64,000 nt of DNA from an uncultured Spirochaetota bacterium (GTDB lineage Bacteria > Spirochaetota > Brevinematia > Brevinematales > JAOACQ01): assembly GCA_963835575.1 (NCBI GenBank), contig CAWIGG010000006.1:224001-288000 (forward strand), written 5' to 3'. Made by a program: the position numbers and the translations under genes. This document shows, in pieces, positions 50,429-59,201 of the stretch. The stretch's first letter is position 1, and each line of letters begins with the position of its first letter. The notes beneath the pieces are model-generated. The model saw only the letters and a list, made by a program, of their open reading frames with translations. It was not told the origin of the DNA and did not search any database.

Positions 50429-50974
50429 TTAAACTTTTCTCGGTTCGGAAGCGTTGATCGCCGGGTCGGTATAGATGTCGGCGTAGTCGCGGCTTTTGGT
50501 GGAGAATTCCGAGATGACGGCGCCTTTCGGCCCGGCCTGGAACCAGTGCAGAGTGTCCGGCGGAAGGGTGTACTGTTCGCCCGGCCGCAGGACGATCTCA
50601 TGGCGCGCGGTAAAAAAGGCCTCTTTTCCCTTCGGGGGAACGGCCTTTATTTTCGCGGCGCTTTCGCCGGGGATGTAAAGATAGACTTCGCCCCACCGGC
50701 AGCGGAATGTCTCTTCCTTGCCGGGCCCGCCTTCCACAGCGGGATGGCGGTGCTCGGGGCATGTCTGGCGCGGAAAGAGGATCAGCTCCTTCGCGCAGCA
50801 GCGGTCCGTATTCACGTAGACGACCAGTTCCAGCCCGATGGATTCCGGCATGCCGAGTCCGTATTCGGCCGCTTCCATCCCGGAAGCTTCCTTCGGGGTG
50901 ATAATAATATTAGATTTTTTTAGGTATGATAAAGCGCGCTTTTTGAATTTTTCGTAGAGGGCTTTTGAAAGCAT
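50429..50974 (-). CDS. D-lyxose/D-mannose-family sugar isomerase (cupin)
   Basis: YVNTDRCCAKEL, QTCPEHRHP, GKEETFRCR, HWFQA, SEFS. Confidence 0.9.
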   Translation of the reverse strand: MLSKALYEKFKKRALSYLKKSNIIITPKEASGMEAAEYGLGMPESIGLELVVYVNTDRCCAKELILFPRQTCPEHRHPAVEGGPGKEETFRCRWGEVYLYIPGESAAKIKAVPPKGKEAFFTARHEIVLRPGEQYTLPPDTLHWFQAGPKGAVISEFSTKSRDYADIYTDPAINASEPRKV

Positions 50975-51265
50975 ATTAATCTCCTTTTCTTTTATTTAAT
51001 TTGCAGAGGCCGCAGAGGGAACAGAGGCCAGAGATATACTGTATTTCTTCTGCCTTTATTACATTATCAACAAACCTGGGATTGGCTGCCGTCATTACGG
51101 GGATTTAAACACGCATTAATATTATAAATAAAAATGATAAAAAAACAAATCATTATTGTCATATTCAAATAAACAATCAGCGTCTTGAATAAATTAAAAG
51201 TCCGGAGTATAATATTAATAAATTGTGTAATTATTCATCATAATAATGGAAATCAAACAGGGGGT

Positions 51266-51805
51266 ATGAGGAAGATATTGAAGTTTATAAGATTTGCATT
51301 TCTTTGCTTAGTTATTTTAGTGATATCAAACTGTCAAAGATTGGTACACTATTGTAATTATGAGATCGAAGGCGCGGCAGATAACTCAAAATCTACGAAA
51401 GTTCTCTATGATGATACACTGATCAGCCTGAAATACCAAATCAGTCATTCTTTATGGTCAGAAGTTGAAATAGTGAAAAGAACTACAAATAATATTACAG
51501 TCAATAATGTAATACTGGAACATTTTTCTGGAACGACCCAGCTGCAGAACATGAGTCATCATAACGAGAGCCCCTATTCTATAAATGTTTTCCCATTTAT
51601 CATAAGCAATAATGTCATGATGGATAATTCAGTGTTTTACCAATTTAAACCTGAAGATAATATAGATGACAGGTTCAACGATGGGGATAGAATTAATGTA
51701 AATATCGATGTTAATTATACGATCAACACAATTACAAATGATGTTCCAGCCAGTTTTTATCTCATCTGCAGAAAAGGGACAAATTGGGTTTGTGATTTGA
51801 TGTAA
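51266..51805 (+). CDS. Hypothetical lipoprotein
   Basis: GGGGG RBS, hydrophobic leader ending ISNC. Confidence 0.65.
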   Translation: MRKILKFIRFAFLCLVILVISNCQRLVHYCNYEIEGAADNSKSTKVLYDDTLISLKYQISHSLWSEVEIVKRTTNNITVNNVILEHFSGTTQLQNMSHHNESPYSINVFPFIISNNVMMDNSVFYQFKPEDNIDDRFNDGDRINVNIDVNYTINTITNDVPASFYLICRKGTNWVCDLM

Positions 51806-51981
51806 GAACAATGCTCTTTTCTTTTATATGAAATAATAAAGAGTTGAGATTACCGCGTTTCATCAGTCTTTTTTTTCGCTGTAGACGGGATTTATATTTA
51901 CAGTTTTGAATATAGTTATTAAGATTGGAAATTATAAATTTCCCATCAGTCATCGAATTGTAATTTAATGGAAGTATTTCC

Positions 51982-52923
51982 ATGAATGATAAAGAAATCT
52001 TTAAAACGGCCATAGAAAATAATGACATCAATCTTTTAAAAAAGACTGCCAAGGGAGAACTTCATAATCACCTGACCCTGGGATTATCTTCTGAAAGCTT
52101 TTCAAAACTGGCAGGCAGTACTATAAAAATCCCGAAGAGGTATTACGGCTTATCTGGCATGTTAAATTTCATAGCAAAGAATACCCGCTCTGCCACTTAC
52201 AAGATTGATAATTTTGAAAAGATAGTGGAAATGGCTGTACAACAGGCGCTTAATGACGGTATTGTTGTCCTGCATGGAAGCATTGACCTGAATTTAATGA
52301 AGGTTTATGACAAACCGGCCGGATTTATTGAATTCATCGGTTCGCTTGTTAAAAAGTACAAAACAAGGATGGATTTCAGGCCGGTGATCGGAATAAACAG
52401 GCCGTTTGATTTTCACACGATTGAAAAACGTCTTTATACCTGCCTTGATTCCGGGGTCTTCCGGTCAATAGATAGTTACGGCATGGAGGAAACCCGTTTT
52501 AATCCGGTATTAAAACCTGTTTATAGTTATGCGAGAAAGAAAAGAATAAACACTAAAATTCATATCGGCGAGTTTTCCAATTATAAATCTGTTGCCAAAA
52601 CAATTGAGGAAATCGAAGTGGATGAAATCCAGCATGGAATAAGCGTTTCGCAATCGGAAGACCTGATAAAATTAATTAAAGAGAAGAATATCATTCTGAA
52701 TATCTGCCCGACCAGTAATATAAAGCTCGGCGCGGTCAGAAATCTCAGGAAGCATCCAATCCGCAAGCTGTTTGACAGCGGTATTAAAGTGACAGTCAAT
52801 ACTGACGATATATTGCTGTTTGGTTCAACTTTATCGGAAGAGTTCCTTAAATTATACCAGTCCGGTCTTTTTGATTCTGAAGAGCTTGATCAAATAAGAA
52901 TGAATGGATTGGATAAAAGGTAA
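51982..52923 (+). CDS. Adenosine deaminase-family protein
   Basis: KGELHNH, HIGE, QHG, ICPTSN, VNTDD. Confidence 0.88.
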   Translation: MNDKEIFKTAIENNDINLLKKTAKGELHNHLTLGLSSESFSKLAGSTIKIPKRYYGLSGMLNFIAKNTRSATYKIDNFEKIVEMAVQQALNDGIVVLHGSIDLNLMKVYDKPAGFIEFIGSLVKKYKTRMDFRPVIGINRPFDFHTIEKRLYTCLDSGVFRSIDSYGMEETRFNPVLKPVYSYARKKRINTKIHIGEFSNYKSVAKTIEEIEVDEIQHGISVSQSEDLIKLIKEKNIILNICPTSNIKLGAVRNLRKHPIRKLFDSGIKVTVNTDDILLFGSTLSEEFLKLYQSGLFDSEELDQIRMNGLDKR

Positions 52924-53011
52924 ATGAAAATGGTTTCCCCATGGCCAGTTGCGTATCGCGGCCGGCCATTTTTTGCTGCCGTGATGCGGCGCCAGCTGTA
53001 TCACGCTCCTC

Positions 53012-53047
53012 AAAAAGAACAGCCCCCCGGTATTCTCCGGGGGGCTG
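53012..53047 (-). terminator. Intrinsic terminator after flgG
   Basis: CAGCCCCCCGG/CCGGGGGGCTG stem with T-rich tail on the minus strand. Confidence 0.7.
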
Positions 53048-53066
53048 CAGGCCAGTTATTTATGTT

Positions 53067-53861
53067 TTACCTCTTGAGGCTGTTTGCCGTGCCGAGCATT
53101 GAGTCGCTTGCCTGTATGGCGCGTGAATTGAATTCATAAGCCCTCTGCGCCACGATCATATCCACCATTTCCTCTACCGCGTTGACATTGGACATTTCAA
53201 GGAAGCCCTGGTGCAGTTTACCGTATCCTGCCAGAGATGCCGTTCCTTCGGTCGCGGGTCCGGAAGCCTGGCTTTCCTTCGTGAAATTCTCGCCGATGTT
53301 GGTGAGGCCCGCCGGGTTAATGAAGCGGTAAAGTGAAATTTTTCCCACTTCGACGTCTTCGTCGCTGCCCTCCGTCTTGACCGTCACAGTTCCGTCCACG
53401 CCTATGCTGAGGGTCCCGCCGTTAAAATTTTCCGGCAGGACTACGGGCGGAAAAAGCCTGTATCCCTGCGATGTGACAATTTCCATGTTGGAATCGATTT
53501 TAAAAGAGCCGTCTCTTGTATAGGCGTTCGTGCCGTCCGGCAGGGTAACGCCGATAAAGCCTTCGCCCTCAATGGCTACGTCCAGTTTGTTGCCTGTATT
53601 TTGAAGATTCCCCTGTGTGTAAAACTTCTGTGTGGCGGCCGGCCTGACTCCCAGGCCTGTCTGTATGCCGATCGGATACTGGCTGATCTCGGACAATGGC
53701 GTGCCTGCCAGGCGCTGAGTCTGGTAGAGCAGGTCTTCGAATTCAGCCCTTGTCCTTTTAAAACCCGTTGTGTTCACATTGGCCAGATTATTGGCTATTG
53801 TGTCGATATGGAACTGCTCCCCGATCATCCCGGAAGCGGCTGTCCAGAGTGCTCTCATCAT
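53067..53861 (-). CDS. flgG: Flagellar distal rod protein FlgG
   Basis: MMRALWTAASGM, ANNLANVNTTGFK, EFEDLLYQ, YTRDGSF, LEMSNVN, QRAYE.NS. Start moved to 53861 (GGAGG RBS). Confidence 0.95.
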   Translation of the reverse strand: MMRALWTAASGMIGEQFHIDTIANNLANVNTTGFKRTRAEFEDLLYQTQRLAGTPLSEISQYPIGIQTGLGVRPAATQKFYTQGNLQNTGNKLDVAIEGEGFIGVTLPDGTNAYTRDGSFKIDSNMEIVTSQGYRLFPPVVLPENFNGGTLSIGVDGTVTVKTEGSDEDVEVGKISLYRFINPAGLTNIGENFTKESQASGPATEGTASLAGYGKLHQGFLEMSNVNAVEEMVDMIVAQRAYEFNSRAIQASDSMLGTANSLKR

Positions 53862-54057
53862 AAATAGATTCCTCCCGAAAAAAAATCTTTCCTTTCCCCT
53901 TCTGCCGCATCCCTGAAGATACGGTAGAGGAGGAAAGATAAAGAGATATTTAAACCATCGGTAAAATAAGAAATTTATTAAGAAAAACAGGGATAATTGT
54001 TTTTTCATCGCTGTTTACTTATAATAATGCTTCAGATAGTTAACTGCGGGTATTAAG

Positions 54058-54951
54058 ATGAAAAATTGGATAAAAATAATATTTTACAGCCTGCTGTTTC
54101 CCATGCTTTTGTTTCATTTATCTTTCGGTCAGGAAAACAATCATTCCTGGGTGAAAATAAAAGAGATTAAATTAACTAACGCTGTCAATATCGCCGGGTT
54201 TTTTAACTCTGATTCCGGCGCCGCCGCCTGCCGTGATTTGATTATTTCTTATCATTCGGGTAAAACCATGGTCTGGAAATTTAAAAATAACTCCGATCGG
54301 TATTTTTGCGGGTTTGATTTTATTGGCAATGATACAGTCATTCTATCCGGGGCATACGGTATAATTTTTATAACAAAGAACGGCGGCTTTTCATGGAAGG
54401 AAATAGCGTATGCTCAGAATGCGGTCTGGGATATCCAGTTTAAATCGCTCAGTTTTATCAGTTCCGGCGAGGGATGGCTCGCCAACAGTTCCTCGGTATT
54501 CAAAATCTCGGATAAGGGTAAAAAATGGGAAGAGTTAAAGCTGCCGCCTGATTCGGGTTTCATTGCGGCCGTATTTTTGAGGAATAAGGAAGAAGGTTAT
54601 ATATTAAATAATAAAGGCGTTCTGTACAGAACAGCCGATGCCGGGAAGAATTGGGATTATTCTCTGCTGAACTTCGGCGGGGGAACTCCAATGCTCACAC
54701 TCTCATCAATGCAGAATCCGCCTCTTGCGGCTATACAATTCAGCGACATGAAAAAAGGTTCGGTAGTTATTTACTTTATTAAACCGGAAAGGCAATGGGC
54801 GGAATTCCATACTTCCGATGGGGGGAAAACCTGGAAAGGGATAATTATCCCCCATAAAGATCTCGGCTCGGTTTATCTGAGCCGGAACGGAAAATTCCTG
54901 ACCATTACCGACACGATCGACAGGAAAATCTTTCTTTTCAAAAAAAAATAA
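54058..54951 (+). CDS. Exported BNR/YCF48-like beta-propeller protein
   Basis: Signal peptide; repeated T.DGG..W (Asp-box) units. Confidence 0.78.
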   Translation: MKNWIKIIFYSLLFPMLLFHLSFGQENNHSWVKIKEIKLTNAVNIAGFFNSDSGAAACRDLIISYHSGKTMVWKFKNNSDRYFCGFDFIGNDTVILSGAYGIIFITKNGGFSWKEIAYAQNAVWDIQFKSLSFISSGEGWLANSSSVFKISDKGKKWEELKLPPDSGFIAAVFLRNKEEGYILNNKGVLYRTADAGKNWDYSLLNFGGGTPMLTLSSMQNPPLAAIQFSDMKKGSVVIYFIKPERQWAEFHTSDGGKTWKGIIIPHKDLGSVYLSRNGKFLTITDTIDRKIFLFKKK

Positions 54952-55018
54952 TGTCTGCCTCACCCCGCCTCGCAAGGCTCGGGAACCGCTGGAGAGGGGG
55001 ACGGGGGTGAAGCAGGCA
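54952..55018. repeat. REP-like palindrome
   Basis: TGTCTGCCTCACCCC...GGAGAGGGG...GGGGTGAAGCAGGCA. Confidence 0.5.
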
Positions 55019-55095
55019 AAATCCAACAAACGGAGTATTGAACCGGAATAAATTAACATATATAATTATAGTACATAATATATCAGGAGTTCTTC

Positions 55096-55983
55096 ATGTC
55101 TGAAGGGAAAAAAATGGTTATCTCGCTCGTCATTTTTGTCGTTTTCTTTGTTGTTCTGGTGATTGTGCTGAACAGGGAAAAGAACAAAAGGGATATGGCC
55201 GATGTCGATACGAATATCATTCAGGGAATGGTTTTTGTCAAGGGCGGGACATTTGATATGGGTACTTCGAATGGGGATAAATACGATATGCCTCTGCATA
55301 TGGTGACGCTCAGCGATTTTTATATAGGGAAATATGAAATTACTTATAAGGAATATGACCGCTTCTGCATCGCCGCAGGTTACAGGGTACCGGATGATAA
55401 AGATATGGGCAGGGGCAATAAACCGGTTATGGATGTAAACTGGAGGGACGCAACTGTCTTCTGCAACTGGAAGAGCGCTCAGGAAGGCTTTCCCGCCGCC
55501 TATGACACCAATACCGGCGGACTGCTGGATTCGAAGGGAAAAATCACCCATGACATCACAAAGGTGCTTGGCTGCCGGCTGCCTACGGAAGCCGAATGGG
55601 AATTCGCGGCGCGGGGCGGTGTTAAATCAAAAGGATATATTTACAGCGGCAGCGATAACCCGGATGAAGTGGCCTGGTATGCCGAGAATACTTATTTTAA
55701 AACTTCCGTAGTCGGCAAGTTAAAGCCAAACGAACTCGGGATTTACGATATGAGCGGGAATCTCTGGGAATACTGCAATGACTGGTATACTCCGTCCGCC
55801 GGTACGGAAAGCGTCACCAATCCGGCGGGCCCTCAGACCGGAAAAGAGCATATTGTCCGCGGGGGCTGTTATAAGAGCAGGCCGGATTTCGCGTTAAAAC
55901 TCAGAAAGGGCAACCGGTATTTTTACTTTCTCTCCCGCCGCGGCTATATTACCGGCTTCCGCATAGCACGGTCTGCGCCTTGA
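55096..55983 (+). CDS. Formylglycine-generating enzyme (SUMF1)-like domain protein
   Basis: GGTFDMG, RLPTEAEWEFAARGG, NELGIYDMSGNLWE, GFR. Confidence 0.9.
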   Translation: MSEGKKMVISLVIFVVFFVVLVIVLNREKNKRDMADVDTNIIQGMVFVKGGTFDMGTSNGDKYDMPLHMVTLSDFYIGKYEITYKEYDRFCIAAGYRVPDDKDMGRGNKPVMDVNWRDATVFCNWKSAQEGFPAAYDTNTGGLLDSKGKITHDITKVLGCRLPTEAEWEFAARGGVKSKGYIYSGSDNPDEVAWYAENTYFKTSVVGKLKPNELGIYDMSGNLWEYCNDWYTPSAGTESVTNPAGPQTGKEHIVRGGCYKSRPDFALKLRKGNRYFYFLSRRGYITGFRIARSAP

Positions 55984-56027
55984 AAATTTATACAAATATT
56001 CTTGATAAAAAATAAAATATTTCATTA

Positions 56028-56305
56028 AACACCAAGGTCACCAAGGGCACAAGGAAACACAAAGTTTAGGGCAGTTCTAAAAATCAAAAAATTCTTATTA
56101 ATTAAGAACTTATTATTCTTTCAGTACAATATTTTTGGCATTTCCAAAAACACTAATTTGCTATTCATGGTAGTTTTTGGAAATACCCTTAATAAAATTT
56201 CTATTTTTATTTCAATCAGTATATTAAATTTCATTATCATAAATAAAATAAAAGGTAGTATATAATTATTTTGGTGTTTCTTGGTATTTTGGCGTTTTTG
56301 TGGTT
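56028..56305. repeat. 9-nt-period inverted-repeat element containing a MITE-like palindrome
   Basis: AACACCAAGGTCACCAAGGGCACAAGGAAACACAAAG / TTGGTGTTTCTTGGTATTTTGGCGTTTTTGTGGTT; inner AGGGCAGTTCTAAAAA...TTTTTGGAAATACCCT (56068-56189). Confidence 0.72.
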
Positions 56306-56356
56306 GGCAAAAAGAATTTAACCTGAATCGGGAATCCTAAATGATTAAAAAGCTTT

Positions 56357-57283
56357 TTATTTTTCTATGAACGATTTAATATAATCATAAACTTTTTTGT
56401 AAGTCGAATTATACATGGTCAGCAGGTGGCGCGTGTGTTTCCAGCCGTCCAGGCTGAATTCGATTTTCTGCTTATCGGCCGATGAGATATGGCTGTAGAT
56501 ATAAGCCATGTTCTCAAAAGGAACTGTTCTGTCTCCCCTGCAGTGCATGAGCAATGCGGGAATTTTTATTTTATTGAGGTTTTTCCTTGTCTCCCTCATT
56601 CCCATGAGCATGCTGTATATCTGGCGCGGGAAAACCCCATAGAAACCAAGCCAATTGGCGCCGTCGTCGTCAGTTTTTTTGTTATCCTTCTCAATATATG
56701 GTATTTCGCTGATAAGCCATGATATTAACCTGATCATATACAGTTTCCAGTCATAAAGAACACGCTCAAAAATATTATTTATAAAAACAGGTGTGGAGAT
56801 GCTTATGATTTTTTTCATGGCCAGCTTTTTATCGCCGCCGAAATCCTCGGCAAGCCTTAAAGCAAGCATTCCCCCGAATGATAGACCGCAGACAAACACT
56901 TCCTTATACTTCGGCCTGTATTCCAGGTAGGTGTCTTTCAGGCTTTTATACCACTGGGCAAAGCATGTTTTTTTAAAAAAAGCTTTTGTGGTCCCGAACC
57001 CGTAATGACGTGGGATCAGTACGTTATAATCGCTTGAGAGCAGTACGCCGATTTTTTTCCAGTCAAAAGGAGTGCTCGGGAATCCATGGAGAAGTATGAC
57101 AAGCCTGGAGGACTTTTTATTCGCGTAAAACTGTTCTTTCGCGTTTTTGTCCATCAGGGGGGGCTCGTCATTCCTGTCATAAGCGTCTCTTTCAGTATAA
57201 AAAACCGGGAAGCTCCCGGAAATATAAATCAGCGCGATCAATATTAAAATGATAATGACGGCGATTATTAAAATATTAATCAT
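56357..57283 (-). CDS. Alpha/beta hydrolase (carboxylesterase-like)
   Basis: LLHGF, GLSFGG nucleophile elbow, D.TVP, C-terminal His. Confidence 0.88.
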   Translation of the reverse strand: MINILIIAVIIILILIALIYISGSFPVFYTERDAYDRNDEPPLMDKNAKEQFYANKKSSRLVILLHGFPSTPFDWKKIGVLLSSDYNVLIPRHYGFGTTKAFFKKTCFAQWYKSLKDTYLEYRPKYKEVFVCGLSFGGMLALRLAEDFGGDKKLAMKKIISISTPVFINNIFERVLYDWKLYMIRLISWLISEIPYIEKDNKKTDDDGANWLGFYGVFPRQIYSMLMGMRETRKNLNKIKIPALLMHCRGDRTVPFENMAYIYSHISSADKQKIEFSLDGWKHTRHLLTMYNSTYKKVYDYIKSFIEK

Positions 57284-57435
57284 AAATGCATCCTTAGCTA
57301 TTTATTGATATCATTTTATCATTTATTTTGATAGTATGCAATAAGCCGCAGAATTTCACAGAACTACACTGAATTATAATATGATATTTAATTTAAGGAT
57401 AAAGTTTTCAGAATTATGATTAAAAAAATTTAATA

Positions 57436-59011
57436 CCTAAATTCCCAGAGTTCCGCGATTTCCGCTTGAAATCAGCCTTGCGCGGCACTGCTTGGCATCG
57501 GTTTATCATCCCAGTCTCGCGGCTGCTGCAATTACAAGCCTTGGCGATGCCTGAATACTCGTAAATCCACAAATTCCGCTGCTCCGGGCGCAACACACCC
57601 TTGTGGCGGCCTTCACATCATCCGGTTGGGAACTCGCTATATCTGCAGCTCACATAAGTGGCAGTAAAATTTCCGCCACCGGTCCTTATCCGCAAAATAA
57701 CGGCTCAACACCAGTTTTACCTGATGGCCCTGTCTCACGATTTTCCCCGCAACCCGAATAAACCACGCCCGGAATGTTTCCGGTTCTTCCCGGTGACTTT
57801 TCCGGTCAACCAGATACCGCATCCAGATTCCAACGTTATACGCCAGCACGCTGCAGCTCCACAGAAAATCATTCACCCAGAAATCTTGCGTCAGAAGCAT
57901 CCCGGCGAACATCTGCTGCTTCACGGCTTCGATCCAGTTTTCACACGTACCCCGGTCACCGTAAAATTTATGGCCCTGCCAAGGTTTCAAACGCATATTC
58001 GTACAATAGCAAAAATAGTCATAAACCGCTTTCGGGAATACCAGCCCTTCCGTTTCTATCCGGATCAGCTTTCTGACAGCTATGAACCGCCTCGCATGTT
58101 TCCATCCATGCGCCCGGTACTCAAATTCCGCCTGTTCCCAGCCGCTTCGATCCGGAACCGCTGTCCAACCCCTGTTTTCCAGAAACGCCGCGAGGTTTTT
58201 CATTTTGGCTTTGACCAGAAAAAAAGCCCCTTTCATTTCTTCGATGACATCGAAAATCCTTCCGTCGAAAAATCCGCTGTCCATCCGGAACACAAGTTTT
58301 TTCCAGCCGGTATGGAGTATTCCGTAAATGTGCCGGATAAATTCAGGCGCGTTATTCGCTGTGTAAGCGTCGCCCGGCCTGAAATAGGAGAGAATACATT
58401 CCCTTGTGCTGTTCAGGAATGCCAGAAGCGGATGATAGCTCTTCGCTCCCTTTTTATGCGGATTGTAGCCTGCCGCCGCTCCTTCCTGGCTTCCGTAAAC
58501 CGTCTTGACGGTCGAATCGCAGTCCACGATTTTCGTTTTTACCCGGAACTTCGCGTGGACTTTGCGGGAAAGCTTTCCGTTCAACTCATTCATCGCGTAA
58601 GATTCTTTCATACCAACGTTTTCAATCCGCTTGATGATCGTAGAATCACTGATCGGCCCTTTCAAGCCCAGAGCTGCCCGGAACAATGGATCTTCAGTAA
58701 AATTCTCGACCTTCTTGATCCGGTTATACCCTGCCATCAGCGCGCACACGATTCCCGTAATAATTTGCTCGAACGAGAATTTCTGGTTACAATATTCCCG
58801 CGCTGGAATAAATTTTTTGAGCAACTGATTGAACCCAATCTTTTTCAAAAATACCAGCACGGGATAAATCCCGCTCACGCTGCTCAAATCCTGCGCCGTA
58901 AAACCAACTTTGATGTTTTTCACCATTTGGGTGCTCCTTCTGTTGTTTTGTAAAGCAATATATTATAACAGATTGGGGCCCCATTTGGTATTTTTACTTT
59001 GGGAATTTAGG
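57436..59011 (-). mobile_element. IS1380-family insertion sequence
   Basis: IRs CCTAAATTCCCAGAGT / CCTAAATTCCCAAAGT (16 bp, one mismatch). 5-bp duplication TAATA at 57431-57435 and 59012-59016. Confidence 0.93.
57637..58926 (-). CDS. IS1380-family transposase
   Basis: DCDST, YGSQEG...GYN, YHPL, RPG, RMDSGF, YGDRGTCENWI. Confidence 0.93.
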   Translation of the reverse strand: MVKNIKVGFTAQDLSSVSGIYPVLVFLKKIGFNQLLKKFIPAREYCNQKFSFEQIITGIVCALMAGYNRIKKVENFTEDPLFRAALGLKGPISDSTIIKRIENVGMKESYAMNELNGKLSRKVHAKFRVKTKIVDCDSTVKTVYGSQEGAAAGYNPHKKGAKSYHPLLAFLNSTRECILSYFRPGDAYTANNAPEFIRHIYGILHTGWKKLVFRMDSGFFDGRIFDVIEEMKGAFFLVKAKMKNLAAFLENRGWTAVPDRSGWEQAEFEYRAHGWKHARRFIAVRKLIRIETEGLVFPKAVYDYFCYCTNMRLKPWQGHKFYGDRGTCENWIEAVKQQMFAGMLLTQDFWVNDFLWSCSVLAYNVGIWMRYLVDRKSHREEPETFRAWFIRVAGKIVRQGHQVKLVLSRYFADKDRWRKFYCHLCELQI

Positions 59012-59201
59012 TAATAATTTATTTCCGTGATCTTCTGTGAAATTCTGTGGCTGATTCATTGGAATTGGAAAAGTCTTGAGTTGTCGATGAAAAAGCATTA
59101 TTTTCCACTCAGGCCGTAATTTCAATTTTGACAAAAAAATGATAGTAAGATATTATTATATCCGCAGTATGTCAATAATTAAAAGAGGGAACGGTTTTAT
59201 T

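Larger units (their letters stand above)
57344..59052. repeat. 9-nt-period inverted-repeat element interrupted by IS1380
   Basis: AGCCGCAGAATTTCACAGAACTACACTGAAT / ATTTCCGTGATCTTCTGTGAAATTCTGTGGCT. Confidence 0.78.

Noticed and set aside
53862..54008. N-terminal extension of FlgG in the ORF track
   Set aside because: The conserved start MMRALW with a GGAGG RBS is at 53861; the extension covers the divergent promoter region.
57658..58953. 431-aa ORF antisense to the IS1380 transposase
   Set aside because: Lies almost entirely opposite a clear transposase and has no recognisable motifs; most likely a shadow ORF.
8366..59052. CRISPR array interpretation of the intergenic repeats
   Set aside because: Units are ~9 nt, degenerate and inverted, with no unique spacers of constant length and no cas genes.
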